From Terriglobia bacterium (lineage in GTDB: Bacteria; Acidobacteriota; Terriglobia; 20CM-2-55-15): a stretch of 24,000 bases of DNA. The stretch is from NCBI GenBank assembly GCA_963664115.2, contig CAXWPJ010000002.1, positions 775,160 to 799,159 of the forward strand, written 5' to 3'. Shown in pieces: positions 23,287-24,000 of this stretch. Made by a program: the position numbers and the translations under genes. Each line of letters begins with the position of its first letter. Within the stretch, counting starts at the first letter, position 1. Below the pieces are notes generated by a model. The model ran no database searches, was not told the origin of the DNA, and saw only the letters and a list, made by a program, of their open reading frames with translations.

Positions 23287-24000
23287 CTATTTCGACCGAC
23301 CCGGGTAGCCTCGGGCCACCATGGGAATCTTGTAGATCGTTTTGCCGTTGTTCCGGAAACCCTCCACAAGCTCATAATCTCTGCCATTAGGAGCCAGTGC
23401 TCCCCTGCCAACCACGTAGAGTGTCATCTTTTCGGGTCCCGCGAATGCAGCGTTGACGACGCCGCGCGGCGTGGGAATGGTGCCGAGGTATCCACCTTCG
23501 GGGCTGAATACGCGAACGCCGTTATTCCCGGTGACATAGAGACGGCCTTCGTTGTCGACCGCCATGGCGTTGCCGTTCCCGTCGGGGAGCGTCGCGAATT
23601 CCCGCCCGTTGCCGACCGTTCCGTCGGCCTGGATGTCGAAAGCGTGGACCAGGGAGCCGCTGCCTATATAGAGGGTTGTTTCATCCGGACTCAGCATGAT
23701 TCCGCTGGCGCGGATCGTGTCGCTGATTCGGATCGTCCGACCGCCGGGCTTGATGTAATAAGCCAGGCCGTCGGTGAAATAAACTGTATCGTTCCTGTCG
23801 ACGACGGCTTCGCTCGGCCGTGTGAGTGGGGTTCCCTCGTAGTTATCGGCGATGACCCGGCGTTCGTTTTCGGGATAAACGATGCCGATCTTTGTGGGCA
23901 CGTTGCAGGGCAGATTGCCCCTGCCGGAATCCGTGCAGGTTTTCTGCGCGGCCACGAGGCGGCCTTTGTAGTCGATCGTGACGGCACCGGCACCTTCCGT
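23287..24000 (-). CDS. SMP-30/gluconolactonase/LRE-like protein, paralog 3 (N-terminus beyond the right edge)
   Basis: The frame stays open upstream of the track start: 23956-24000 translates as TEGAGAVTIDYKGRLV, which matches paralog 1 (GHAGSIAIDSEGRLL). The C-terminus is ...TIYKIPMVARGYPGRSK. Confidence 0.75.
   Translation of the reverse strand, partial: TEGAGAVTIDYKGRLVAAQKTCTDSGRGNLPCNVPTKIGIVYPENERRVIADNYEGTPLTRPSEAVVDRNDTVYFTDGLAYYIKPGGRTIRISDTIRASGIMLSPDETTLYIGSGSLVHAFDIQADGTVGNGREFATLPDGNGNAMAVDNEGRLYVTGNNGVRVFSPEGGYLGTIPTPRGVVNAAFAGPEKMTLYVVGRGALAPNGRDYELVEGFRNNGKTIYKIPMVARGYPGRSK

Overview
GC-rich, densely coding bacterial DNA. I saw no rRNA, tRNA, CRISPR array, transposase or integrase. 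An Oar-type TonB-dependent barrel and Ser/Thr-kinase/TolB-propeller remnants suggest an Acidobacteriota- or Gemmatimonadota-like organism (inference only). Gene content, left to right: (1) a minus-strand pair of small secreted proteins, the first running off the left edge and missing from the ORF track. (2) Two decayed kinase-family genes. (3) A TAXI-type TRAP transporter. (4) A plus-strand catabolic block: small AtzG/GatC-like ORF, amidase, hydroxybenzoate-decarboxylase-like amidohydrolase, LigJ-like hydratase. (5) An M28 peptidase, an OsmC/YhfA-like gene split by one in-frame TGA, an esterase and an SDR. (6) A tightly coupled minus-strand operon: MFS permease, flavoprotein disulfide reductase, large multi-cluster radical SAM enzyme, ArsM-like methyltransferase. 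(7) An Oar-like outer-membrane barrel. (8) Three paralogous secreted SMP-30/gluconolactonase-like proteins, the last running off the right edge. Main leads: (a) the four-gene radical-SAM operon, whose composition matches no characterised system I know. (b) The TGA sits exactly at the catalytic Cys of the OsmC-like protein and has a SECIS-like hairpin downstream, so this is a candidate selenoprotein. (c) A 71-nt double-hairpin element occurs twice, with compensatory stem substitutions and GGA-containing loops. (d) A second palindromic repeat family shares a 21-nt core. All homology statements come from motif recognition and memory, not from searches.
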